A DNA stretch of 63,285 nucleotides, the filler included, from Aduncisulcus paluster (taxonomy: Eukaryota), in NCBI GenBank assembly GCA_024181965.1. It is 13 parts of 13 records of this genome, joined end to end, with 100 filler letters (N's around TTAATTAATTAA, not from the genome) between each part and the next. Parts side by side here need not be neighbours in the genome. Positions count along the whole stretch, not along the records: positions 25,548 to 29,159 come from BQXS01011626.1; positions 29,260 to 31,868 come from BQXS01011628.1; positions 31,969 to 35,442 come from BQXS01011629.1; positions 35,543 to 50,493 come from BQXS01011630.1; 9 more parts are not named here. One strand, 5' to 3'. The notes under the pieces were generated by a model. The model had not been told where the DNA came from and did not search any database. It saw nothing but the letters and a program-made list of their open reading frames with translations. The stretch's first letter is position 1, and each line of letters begins with the position of its first letter. Below, in pieces: positions 25,548-37,776 of this stretch. Position numbers and translations under genes: made by a program.

Positions 25548-28500
25548 CCATAAGGTCCAGATCTCCCATTGTTTCCTTATGTTGTTGTTCAGAGGATGTG
25601 ACAGGTGATGCATCAAATGGAGTGACTTCAAGAACATCATTGGGAGAACCCATACCTCCATCAATTTCAATATCTTGCAGGGGCACTCTTTCTCTCTCTT
25701 CCATGTCTTCTCTCTTGAGGAAAGAGTTAGACGAATCGCTGGTCTTTGGAGTCCTCTTCTTCTTGGGTTTAACTTCTCTTGAGGCAAATCTCTTTCCTTT
25801 CTTTTTCTTCATATATTTGTCAGTTTCTTTCTTGATGTGGTCTGCCAGAGTGAAATACAACGGCTGTCCTGAAGAATGGTCACGCTTCATCTTCTGAATA
25901 AACTGAAGGAAAGGTTCAGTCGACTCATCAGGCGGAGATGTTTTGCTAGCTGACATGTCTCCATCACTGGGGGTTGATATATAATTATGGTATGAGGAAC
26001 TATCAAGACCGGTAGAACCGGCATATGTATCCCGGTCAAAACCGACAGAAGGAACTGAGACAGTTGTGTGTACTCCCTTCCTGAATGAAGCAGAGTGTGG
26101 TGCACTCAGGGAGGAGCTTGAGCGTGCCATGTTGCGATGTGAATGAGAGGAAGGCGGATGAATCCTCTTCCTGGCTCGAACAATGACATCACGATGCATG
26201 GGTCCAACGTCACGAATGACGACATCTCCACCATCAAGCTTAATGCGTTGATGTGAGGAATGATGTGCAGATGAGAGGTCTGAATGGTGAGAATGATCAC
26301 CCACATATGCGGAGAGCTGAGTTAAGGCAGGAGCTGGGTAGCAATGAGCTGAAGAGGGTGTAAAATATGGTTGAGATGATGGGAGTGTCGAGGAAGCATG
26401 GTTTGAAGGGTTAGAGGGACGAGGAATTCCACTCGAAGATGAAGGACGTAAATGCTTTGAATTATTATTATTAGTTTTGGAAGAGGGGGGGGTCTTTTTC
26501 TTTGAGGATCGAGACGGGTGTGATATTATTCCAGGAGAACTCATATATATATGGGACAAGACAGCCATTTTTCTCCTTTCTTCACGTTCTTTGCGTCTCT
26601 TCCGTTGTTTGGCACGTTCCAAGGCATTGGTTTTTNNNNNNNNNNNNNNNNNNNNGGTTGAGATGATGGGAGTGTCGAGGAAGCATGGTTTGAAGGGTTA
26701 GAGGGACGAGGAATTCCACTCGAAGATGAAGGACGTAAATGCTGTGAATTATTATTATTAGTTTTGGAAGAGGGGGGTGTCTTTTTCTTTGAGGATCGAG
26801 ACGGGTGTGATATTATTCCAGGAGAACTCATATATATATGGGACAAGACAGCCATTTTTCTCCTTTCTTCACGTTCTTTGCGTCTCTTCCGTTGTTTGGC
26901 ACGTTCCAAGGCATTGGTTTTTTGAACAAATTGTTTGATTTTCTCTTCTTTTTCTCGCAATCTCTTCTCGATTTCCATTTCAAGTTCTTTGTCCTCCTCG
27001 GTGGTGGTAGCTTGTTTTGAAGAATAACTTCCTCCAGTAGCAGTATGTGGCCGGCCACGAGCAGGTAGAAACCGGTCGCATTGAGGCATTCCAGGACCTG
27101 ATTGAGTGCTTCGTTGGACATGTGAATATGGTCTCACCCTGGTCATTGGCTTCAGATTCTTCCCATCAAGTCCAAGAGAAGAGGAAGAATACACAGCGGA
27201 TGGGGATGACTTATACTTCTTCTTTCCACTTGAGGAGGCAGATCGATAGGGGTCATCATGTTTTGTATTCGCAGAAACGAGACCTTGGTCTTTTCGGTCT
27301 TTTCTTCCTTTATCAGAAGGTGATAGAGCACATCTGCTACTACTCGACAAAGCACTATGCCTACCTTCAGATGTAGTCGATTTCCCTCGAGTTCCTTGAA
27401 GTTTCTCAGAAAAGGAGGTTGAGAAAGAGAAATCAGAATCGTTATCGTCATTATTGATAGCTGTTGTGACGACAGGTGAGTGGGATTTTCCTCGGTCTAG
27501 AGTTGGCGATTTTTTTTCGAGAAATTCGTCCGTTTCAATCTCTCTGGCATCATTTCGTGGCGATGAATGCTCTTCCTTCACCACAATCTCATCTTCCTCA
27601 TGTTCCTCTTCACTGAAGCTAAAATAGAATTGCTCGTCTTCTTTCCTCATTCTTTCCTCTTCTTCAGCTTGTTTAAGGCTTGAGACTTTCTGCACAGCGT
27701 TATTTAATGACAATTTGTTCAATCTTCTATCTTTTTTTGGTCCAACAAGAGAAGAGGAAGAAGAGGAAGAAGAGGAAGAAGAGGAAGAAGAGGGAGATCT
27801 TTTCGCTCTCTGTGAAGCTAATCTTTTCCGACGTTCGGCCTCTTCTTTGAGTTTGGATCGTGTAGCAGCATCTCGCTTTGCTTGGAGAGCTTTTCTTCTT
27901 TCAAGATCTTGTCTCATTTGCTCTCTACGCTCTTCCTTTCGTTTTCGCTCGGTTTCAGCTCGTTTCTCTCTGAGTTCTTGTTCTCTCCGACGCTTACTCT
28001 CTCTTTCTTCTTTCAGCTTATTTTGTTCAAGTATTTTCTTCTGTTGACGCTGCTCCACAAGCTCTTTTCGACGATTTTCACGCTCCAACAGCTCAGCTTT
28101 CTTTTTTTCTTCCTCTTCTTCACGCTTTCTTTGTGCTTCTTTTCGTTTCCTTTCTTCATCTTCTTCTTTTCGCTTCCTCTTCTTCTTCTTCTTGTTTTCG
28201 TTTCCTTTCTTCTTCTTCTTTTTTTCTCCTTTCTTTAATTCTTTTTCTTTCTTCTTCTTCCTCGAGTTCTTTCTTCCTCCTTTCTTCTTTCTGTCTTTTT
28301 TCTTCTTTCTGTTTCTTCCTTTCTTCTTCACGCTTTCTTTGTGCCTCTTTTTGTTTTCTTCTCTCTTCCTCTTCTTTTTCTTCTTCTTGTTTCTTCTTCT
28401 TTTCTGCTAATAATGTTTCTTTGAGTTTTCTTTCTTGTTCTTTTATCTGGATATTCCTTGCTTCCTCACTATCGACTGTGATGTCTTCATATTCATACTC

Positions 28501-29159
28501 ATATCCCTCATTATTACTATCTTTCTTCTCCTTATCTTCTTCACTTTCCTCGAGATATTCATATTCATATGATTCGTCTTCTTCTGCTTTCTTGGAGGTT
28601 GAGGAATGATTTTTATGGCTATTATTTCTGTTATCTTTGATATTTCTCTCTTTTTGTTTTCTTCTCTCTTCCTCTTCTTTTTCTTCTTCTTGTTTCTTCT
28701 TCTTTTCTGCTAATAATGTTTCTTTGAGTTTTCTTTCTTGTTCTTTTATCTGGATATTCCTTGCTTCCTCACTATCGACTGTGATGTCTTCATATTCATA
28801 CTCATATCCCTCATTATTACTATCTTTCTTCTCCTTATCTTCTTCACTTTCCTCGAGATATTCATATTCATATGATTCGTCTTCTTCTGCTTTCTTGGAG
28901 GTTGAGGAATGATTTTTATGGCTATTATTTCTGTTATCTTTGATATTTCTCTCTTGTTTGTTTTCTATGGATTCTTTTGGAGAATGAGATTCTTCATATT
29001 TCTCTCTTTCTTTTCCTTTTGATTCTTCATCTTCTTCCTCATCGAAATATTCATATTCATATTCATGGCTCGGATCCTTGGAATGCGATTTAGCTGAGGG
29101 TGGACGCTTCGATGCAGATGTTGACGTAGAGGAACGTTGGGTTGAAGAGGAGGCGGGAG
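25548..29159 (-). CDS. Charged coiled-coil/SAH-like (E/K/R) and Ser-rich hypothetical protein (partial; frameshift near 28170)
   Basis: E/K/R-rich reading from the scaffold edge, continuing through ORFs 26541-28331 and 25492-26622. Contains an in-frame 303-bp duplication (~28346-28950) and an N-gap duplication at 26636. Confidence 0.7.
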
Positions 29160-29259
29160 NNNNNNNNNNNNNNNNNNNNNNNNNNNNNNNNNNNNNNNNN
29201 NNNTTAATTAATTAANNNNNNNNNNNNNNNNNNNNNNNNNNNNNNNNNNNNNNNNNNNN

Positions 29260-31868
29260 TTTCGATCCCGCTTTCCAGTTGAAGCCTGTAATGTAAAAGA
29301 TGTCGTCCTTCCTCGCCAGGGAGAGGTTTGTTCTTCTCAGGGCTTGAATACATGGAACCCAGTTGATGTTTATCAGGCGTTGGCGTCCTGTTCCTGTTCT
29401 CCGTCGGGATACGTCACCATTCGTTGTGAATATTGTTCTAAGTGTTTGGTGCTCCTCACCATCTTCAAATTCCATGTGACAATTCTCCATAAACTTAAGG
29501 AATGCAGCTTTGAGTGCCGGATAGGTAAGACTGTGTATTAACAAGGAGACTCGGTACATGTCGACCTCCATTGTGGATTGAGCAATACCTAACCCCCCAC
29601 TTCTCTGCTGTACATGATAGAATGCGGTGGGGATGCCTCTGCTTGGAAGATGAAGTTGTTTAGAGACAGCAGCTCTAACCAAGGTATCGATATAAGACAA
29701 CTTCTTCTGGGGGATGAGTCCAAGTCTTGCATAGTAGACTAGCTTCGGTAAGAGGTGTTCGTTGAAGGCTATGACCTTTTGGAGCGGCTTAAGAGGCAGT
29801 TTAAGCACTCTCTCGATTTCTTTAAGAACCTGTTCTGTTTTTCTGGAGGTGGCCAGTCTCATTGGCTCCGACACTGGGATAGCAAGTCCCAAATATTTTT
29901 GTTTTTCGATATCTCCCGCAGTAATAACTCCTATATCAGATGTAATCTCATTACACCCAATAGTGAAGCACTTGTCAGCGTTAAGGGTAAATCCTCCAGC
30001 ATCCAGGGCAGCACATAGCCTGTCAGTTAGACTGGTTAACTCCGATTGTGATGACCCAAGCACGATGATGTCATCAGCGAAGGCTCTGATATGGGTTTTC
30101 AGTTCAGTTGGGATAACTGAGTCCAGGGCCATGTTGAACAACACGGGTGATATCGCGTTCCCCTGGGCCATTCCCCTCTCTGTTGGTATGGAATTGTCAT
30201 TATCCAGTATGATGCTCGAGATGGACTGCTCAATAACCTCTGTAGACGATATATGAACTGTATTTTCGATAATTCGCCTCAATAGAGTATGGCTTACCGA
30301 TCCATATGCATCAGACAGGTCGAGACACGCTGCACAGTGAGATGTATTCGCTGCAAGCCATTCCCTGGTCTCCATAATGTTTAATGCACATCCATCGATG
30401 CCGGGAATGAAGCCTCTCTGATATCCTCCTATGAGACCATGTGATGTTGCATATGTTGTGAGCCTCCGAGCTATTACAGAGTAGAATGCTCTCTGTGAGG
30501 TGTTACTAATACATATTGGACGCCATCTCCCTTGGGTGTCGGCATCTCGCTTGTTTTCTTTTCCTACGTCCTTATCGACAAGGGTGAGTCTGGATTCCAT
30601 CCATCCGTCAGGTATCTTTCTTATTGTGAGGATAGCATTGAAAAAGAGTCGCCATATCTCTGGTGGAACAGTTTGAATAGCTCTTCCAGTCATTTTATCG
30701 GGTCCAGCTGATGTTTTTAGGACCTTGGTAAGCCCTTGCTTAACTTCTGCCAGTGTAAAGGCGTGGATTGTGAACCGGTCGAGGGTTGATATCTCCGGAA
30801 CTGGAACCGATGAAGTGTCTGTAGTGTTGGGCCGGCTGAGATGGTCCATGATCAGAGTGCCCATGCCTGGGGGAGCTTCCTCTTCTTCTTCTGGTTGGAT
30901 AGCCTTCGCTATGTCCTGCTTTGCCAGTCGTTGCAATCTGTACTTGTCGCTGGCAGCCAGAACAGTTCTTCGGTAGTCATCAAGGATCCTATTTATCATG
31001 GGGATATTACCGGATGTGATGCAATAATGGAGAGACATCGTCAATGATGGGGGGAGTGTGTCAGGGAGATCTTCGATGCGCTCGATTCTTCTTGGGATCT
31101 GAGGGCTAGTGTGCTCGGTCGCTTCTAGGGTATTTCTTTTCCGTGATATTAGTTCCTCCTTCCATCTACGTGTGCATTCGTCAATAAGGATCTCCATCAT
31201 TCTATCGATATCTGCAGCTTCTTGTATAGATTCAATTAGGTCTCTCAGCATTCCATCCTTGATTTCTGCCGGTAGGGTGACTTCTGAGAGCCTTAGGGTT
31301 GGCCCAGGTTCCCGTGTGGTTGCTTGGAGCTCTCGATCGTGTGTAGGGTGCATTAACATAGGTAGTAGGGGGTCTTCGAAGACACTACTTCGGGTCACAG
31401 GGGCTATGTGGGTGACTGATAGTGAAGGAGATTCGCTGAATTCTGGATTTAGAGGGGGAGCTTGATCTTGCTCGTGACTGTGAGCAGGTCGGGCCGACGG
31501 AGAGCTTTGGTCATAGGCAACGGGTCCACGAGAAGTGACAGGTTGATCAGAGGTTGATGACGGACTGAGTTGATGAGCAGAGGAATGACCCAATGTCGTT
31601 GAAGAATCATGTCCACGAGAAGTGACAGGTTGATCAGAGGTTGATGACGGACTGAGTTGATGAGCAGAGGAATGACCCAATGTCGTTGAAGAATCATGTC
31701 CACGAGAAGTGACAGGTTGATCAGAGGTTGATGACGGACTGAGTTGATGAGCAGAGGAATGACCCAATGTCGTTGAAGAATCATGTCCACGAGAAGTGAC
31801 AGGTTGATCAGAGGTTGATGACGGACTGAGTTGATGAGCAGAGGAATGACCCAATGTCGTTGAAGAAT
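29260..31868 (-). mobile_element. Non-LTR retrotransposon ORF, R2-like/RLE-type reverse transcriptase (partial at both ends)
   Basis: RT motifs in order: SAGPDKM, WRPICIS, YQRGFIPGIDGC, LDLSDAYGSVSH, RGMAQGNAISPVLFN, AFADDI, KYLG and thumb GGLGI. No APE endonuclease before the RT. The frame is uninterrupted. Confidence 0.92.
31524..31868 (-). repeat. Perfect 87-bp tandem repeat, about 4 copies (29-aa unit)
   Basis: Unit starts at 31524, 31611, 31698 and 31785. Encodes GHSSAHQLSPSSTSDQPVTSRGHDSSTTL and is cut by the scaffold end. Confidence 0.97.
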
Positions 31869-31968
31869 NNNNNNNNNNNNNNNNNNNNNNNNNNNNNNNN
31901 NNNNNNNNNNNNTTAATTAATTAANNNNNNNNNNNNNNNNNNNNNNNNNNNNNNNNNNNNNNNNNNNN

Positions 31969-34900
31969 CAGCAGCCGTACGGATAGTCTCGAAGTCTTCA
32001 TCATCATGCATCAACAATCTCCTGCGGTGATGATATTGCTTTCTTTCTGTAGATTCCGTAGAGACATCAGATATTGTTGCTGTTTGATGAGACTCTGGCA
32101 CCAAGGTCTGTGATGAAGGATCCTTGGAAGATGATGTATCGGGCTGGATTGAATCATTGGATGAGCTTGTTCCACGCAAGAAAGATGGGTTGATGAAAGA
32201 ATATGAGACAGTAATAACAGTACGATTCTCTTTTTCATGCTTTGAAGACAGAAAGTTTGAAATACGATCAAGAATTCCATTGTATCTCCCCAAAGAAGGA
32301 GGGATGGAATAGTTGATAGAGATTTCACGAATGACAGCAGAACATTCTTTACATCTATTCGACAAATCCCTTTTGTAGGTATCAACTTGAACCTGAATTG
32401 AGGTTGTAGTTTCTTTCCGTTTCCCTTGAAAAATGATAAGATGTTTTCTGATTTGAGAATAGACACTCTCAAGCTTTTCAACACACTCAATGAAACTCGA
32501 TGTCGTGAAATGCTTCAAACTTTCTCTACAGTTCGCAATGATATGTTGAAGAGTTGTAAGACTTTCAAGTGAGGAAGAATCTTCTTCGGTAGAATATCTT
32601 GATATTTCAAAAGATTGGTGGGATTTCATGACACTCTTAACGGCATTCATTTCCTTATCAAATTCAACCTTCTCTATCAACTGACCATTCTTCAAGGCAA
32701 ATGCATCTCCAGAACCAATACACTCGTGTTGTTTCTTGACCCGGGTAAGAATAGTGGAACATGAATGGAGAATAGCTCTTCTCCTTCTATAAAACTGATT
32801 CACAGTCTCCTCTTCATCTCGCCTAAGATTCGTTGTGTGCTGGTTATTTTCACACTGCAAAGACCTATCTTGATCCAAACAAATATTCATATCAAATGAA
32901 TATGATTGGGAATTGGGAATTGATACATTACATTTGGCCGAAAATGGATAGTTCTTTTCCTCATATAATAAAGGAATTTGAAACTGGACAAATAATAAAG
33001 AAGGAATATTCGAATTATCATTGAATACTACTTTGATTCTATTGATTTTCGATTCTTGGTTAAAACTAATTTTCTCTTCAGAATCAAGTATAAATGTATG
33101 GGTAGCTTTGAAATCTGAAAAAGTTACATTAATATCACGGATATCATGTTTGTATATTTCTCTCACAGATTCCTTTGAACCAATAAATATCATTGAAAAT
33201 CGCATATTTTCATATTCCTCTTTTTCTAAATATATGTATCCGGTTTTTTTCCATAGATAGGAATCTTCTCTTCTTGTTGCAGGCTTTTTATATATTGAAT
33301 AAAATCCATCAATAGATGATATTGGCGCCATTACCATCCTGATCTTTGGAAGGGATGGATAGCATAAAGAACCATCGATGAACCTGTCCGTCCAATTTCC
33401 ATCCCAATATATTTGAGCAGTATTATTATTTAACAATTCACGAAATCCATCTTTCGTTTTAGCATTTGAAATCTTATAAAAATAGTGAGTTGAATCCATC
33501 ATAAACTCTTTTGCAAAACACTTTTCCCCCTGTTTTCCTCCCTTTGATGTCATAGTCTTCCTATATTTTGCTGGAATGGCATGGAAATATGAGGATTGGA
33601 AGGAGATTCGGTCTGTTGGAGAAAATGAATCCCTCAAAATGAATAGACTTTCCTGCTTCTTATCACGGAGCAATTTCAATTTGTTTCCAGTTGAAGTCAC
33701 ACGGGACAAGTTTGGCAATACAATTCCTGTGAGATAGATAAGTATGGTTGTGCTCTTCTCATCAGTGATCTTGGCTGTGAGACGACATGTGATACAGAAC
33801 TTCATTGGCCTTGGAACAGATTCACCTTTATCGAGCAACTTCACACAAATTATGAAATGATCACTCACCATTGTTCCCCGTTCAATTTCTATCATGGAAT
33901 TTGCAGCAACCATTTCGGATGGCATATGGGTGTCATCCAAACGATCACACTGAATATTGTATTTTGAGATCTGTGAAGATCTAACGGGGAAACGAACAAG
34001 CGCGAATGTGATGTTTGATGGATACATGGTTATCTTCTTGTAACGTAAGGATTGTGGGATATCATTGCCCCACTCTGTGGCAACAACAGGAGGTAGGCAG
34101 ATCTTAATGGAATCTTCTCCAAATGTCGGAACAGACTTGCGTGTGGTGAGACAACATGATATTGGGGGGGCTTCTGGAAGATCTAAGATAATCTTTTTGG
34201 GAACATCTTTGATTGGAGACGAATCTTCTTTCTCTCTCTTCTGCAAGTATTTGATCACAGTATCAAGGGAATTCATGAGAGATTTAGAATCTGTTTGTCT
34301 TTCATCCTTCTTACGATATTTCTTGAACGAAGATACATGAGAATCTCGTTGATTTTGCAAGGTTTTGATAAGGCTCTGAAATTTTGTATTGTCAAGATTG
34401 AGACGTGAATATTTGAGGAGAGCTTTAATATTTCTTAGCTCCTTGGTTCTCCAAGATGGCGCAATTGACTTCCTACATTCTTCAAATTTTGCATCAAAAT
34501 TAACTTCGGGAGGCATCTTTACGTCTTCAATGGTCTTTGAGAAAAATCTAGACCCAGTGGCATTCAAAAGGCACCAACAATTATTGAGATAAACACTCCT
34601 ATCTTCATATCCAAATGGCTGGTCTTTTGAACCAAATCTATTTCTAGGTTTTCTAATGGGCCAAACAAATATCTTCATATCATATTTTCTTGACCTTTTC
34701 GTTGCCGTATCAAATTCTTGTCTTATTTCAATGGAACAATTATTCTTTTGGTCACAAATGGTTTCAAATTGCTTTCTTGTCAAGGCTATAAATGCACCGA
34801 ATGTATTATTTCCTCGATAAAATACCTTATAATCGAAACAATATGTACAAATTATGGTTTCAGAATGTTGTATTTCTTGTTTCAAAAACACATTGAATTT

Positions 34901-35442
34901 CGTTGATGATTTACGTTCGATTTTTACAAGAGAGCGATCATTTGGGCGATCCTCAAATCTAAAACAGAGGAATGGGACTGAATTCTTTTTCTGTTGACAA
35001 AATTCATCACAGAAAAGATTAAACAGTGAGATATCTTGATGTTCCTTGATTTGAGCCATTCTTGAGTCTCGGCAATAATGAGATTCTTTGTCTGGACTAA
35101 CAACAACACTTCGAACCTGTTTAGATAAGACATTAGATCTTTGCTGATGAAGAGCAAATGCATAATCGATAAGAGCTATCCTGGCCTTCTTTGCCGTGGA
35201 CGTTTTGTAAGGAGATGAATTCTTCGCCTCGTATTCCTTCAACTCGTCTTTGTGTCGTTTTTTGTGCTCTTCCTTGATATCTTCATAACATCGTTTGAAA
35301 ATTTCCTCCGATTCTTTTTCACATTTTTGAAGCTCAACTTCTGTATCATCGGCTTCTTTCACACAATCACTTTGTTCTTTCTTCTTCAACACCTTAACCT
35401 CTTCAAGACATTTGAGAACATGATGACGAACAAAGATATTCG
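31969..35442 (-). CDS. Large hypothetical protein (partial, >1140 aa)
   Basis: Single open frame spanning the scaffold, with coiled-coil-like ends and a beta-rich middle. No family recognised. Confidence 0.8.
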
Positions 35443-35542
35443 NNNNNNNNNNNNNNNNNNNNNNNNNNNNNNNNNNNNNNNNNNNNTTAATTAATTAANN
35501 NNNNNNNNNNNNNNNNNNNNNNNNNNNNNNNNNNNNNNNNNN

Positions 35543-35964
35543 ATTTCATCTTCCTTCATTCCTTTTTCTTCTTCTTCCTCGTGGATATCGGCTATTTCAT
35601 CTTCATCTTCAAACATGACGAGTTCATCGGGAACATGACCAAGTTTTTGAAGGGCTTTGACCTCATCTGGGGTATATCTGTGGAAAATATCACCAACATC
35701 AGCCTGATATTCACGCAGTGAAACCAAAACAAGATCACCAAGGTTTACCCACACCTTCTTACGCATGGATCCACGTACAAGACATTGACGAACTTTTCCA
35801 TCGCCAAGACAACGGCATTCCATTCGGCAATTTCCCAATTTCTTCTGAATAACAGCATATTCCTCTCCTTCTTTGGCGAAGATAATTTCACGGGAATCAT
35901 ATGAACTTTCTCTCTTTCCCCTCTTCCTACTCTTTCCTCCCTTACCTTTGTTACCTTTTCCCAT
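35543..35964 (-). CDS. EIF1A: Translation initiation factor eIF1A (3' end truncated)
   Basis: MGKGNKGKGGKSRKRGK, EYAVIQKKLGNCR, RGSMRKKVWV..GDLVLVSLREYQ and an acidic tail. Confidence 0.96.
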
Positions 35965-36192
35965 CTTTCTATCGCTATAGCACAAAGAATACGAAAGAAA
36001 ACCTGGATTATTCTTTCTCCCAGAAGTCGAGATTGAAAAACAAACGCAAATTTGATTCTAACCAATTTTAATGGACAATACAAAATAAATTATTAATATA
36101 TTTGATTATATATATTTTATTTTATTTGTAATTACGGAGATAGGGCGAGATCGCTGGTTACAGGGTATTCATACAAATTATTAATGTTTATT

Positions 36193-37537
36193 TCACTTAT
36201 TTTTATGTTTTTTTGCATATTCTTTCCTTCTACGGGCTATATCATCATCCATTACTTCTTCAAGGGGACCAAGTATTTTCGAGAGCGCTATAACAGGATC
36301 TGCTGTTGGTACATATTTTTGTCTTCCATACATGGCCGATAATTCTCGTTTTTTCCTCAGAATTTCAGAAGGAGAAGCTGAAGAATAACTAATATCATGA
36401 GTTGTCAATAATCTCTGTTTTGTCGGTGATCTTCCCTTCCTCCGACTTGAAGAAGCGCGACGGGGTTCATATACGCCCATTGAATACTGAGAAAGATCAT
36501 ATGGATCAAGGTCTCGTACTTGTTCTTTTACACGAGTTTGAGGTGTTGGAGGAGCTCTTGAATGATCGGCTGGGAGGTCGGAATCTTGGGCACTAACAAA
36601 TTCAGATAAGGCTCTTTCAACTGAGGAGAGGGGTAAGGAGCGAGAAGGGACAATGCCGGAAGATGTTTGAGAAAGTCTATCCAGAGACGAGGCTGTTCGG
36701 GGAAGACCAAGACTTGTTCTACTTCCACTTCTCATGACTTGATCACGCAAGGATTGCAGAATCCTTCGGTCTTTTTGAACTGAAAAACGGCCCGATGCCT
36801 TACTGCCTCTCCCAGAATTCGATGTAATGGCACTGGAAGCGAGATATTCCGCAGAGAATCGAGCATATGAATGGGGAGATCGTGGTTTTTCTGGGGCTGA
36901 CATTATACTTTTGCGGGAACGAAGACCCATACTTGACTTGGCTCGTCTCTGGGTGCGAGAAGGAGAAGATCTTTGGAAATCTGTTGTCTGAACACTTTCT
37001 ATAATATGTTTTTTGTTTGCTCGATCCTGCATTTCGAGCTTCAGTTGGGCAACTTTGAAGGCTTTGGATCTTGCGGACTGTTCTGCGATAATTCTTGCCC
37101 GTTTCCTTTCTAAAACTTCTTTTTGAATTCGTTTCTGATCCTCAGAGCGACGTTTTTCTTCTGCTAATACATGATATAACTTTGATTGTTGTTGGGATAT
37201 TCTTGTTTCGGGTAAAATGAAACCCTTTTCAGTGACGATTCCTAAGTCGAGTAATCTTCGTTGTCTATCTGGTAATTCAAAAAATGATGTTAACGATTTA
37301 TCCTTAAAACAATTATATGAATGAGGGCCTTTTCCCTAAAAAAAATATGAACAGAATTCAAAAAGTGTCAGAAAAAAGTATATTAAACAATAAAATATAT
37401 AGAAATATATTTAAACGAAACAATATAAGCGAAATATTTTTGTAAGCATCATTAAAGGTCAAAATTAGAGGCCAAATGATCCAAAATTAACATACAACGG
37501 GAGTCCTAACTGAAAACCCTCTCTCACGTCTTTTCAT
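36193..37537 (-). CDS. Two-exon basic hypothetical protein with an ERICH3-like N-terminal motif
   Basis: Exon 1 37537-37496 (MKRRERGFSVRTPV), intron 37495-37336 (GTATGT...CTGAC...TTTTAG, phase 0), exon 2 in frame with ORF 36193-37032. YNCFKDKSLTSFF...RRLLDLGIVTEKGFILPE recalls the ERICH3 N-terminal motif. Confidence 0.75.
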
Positions 37538-37776
37538 ATATTCTTCCTTTGATTCATGCTTCTTTTTATACAACTTTTTTCCCATGAATTATTAAAATAG
37601 GTCAAAAACCAAAAAATTTCGGAAAATTTTTTCCATTCACTCAATAAAACAATAATATTAAAATCCGGAAATTTAATATGAAGGTTAACGTATTTATTAA
37701 AAAAAATTGGGCTTTGAAAATTCTCAATTGTGACGAACAAAGCAATGGAAAAAACAGGTCACCTAGGTTGTTAAAT

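Noticed and set aside
31524..31868. 87-bp repeat next to an RT read as a CRISPR array, retron or DGR
   Set aside because: No unique spacers, no cas genes and no adenine-specific variable repeat. The units are identical and in frame, and the RT is non-LTR type.
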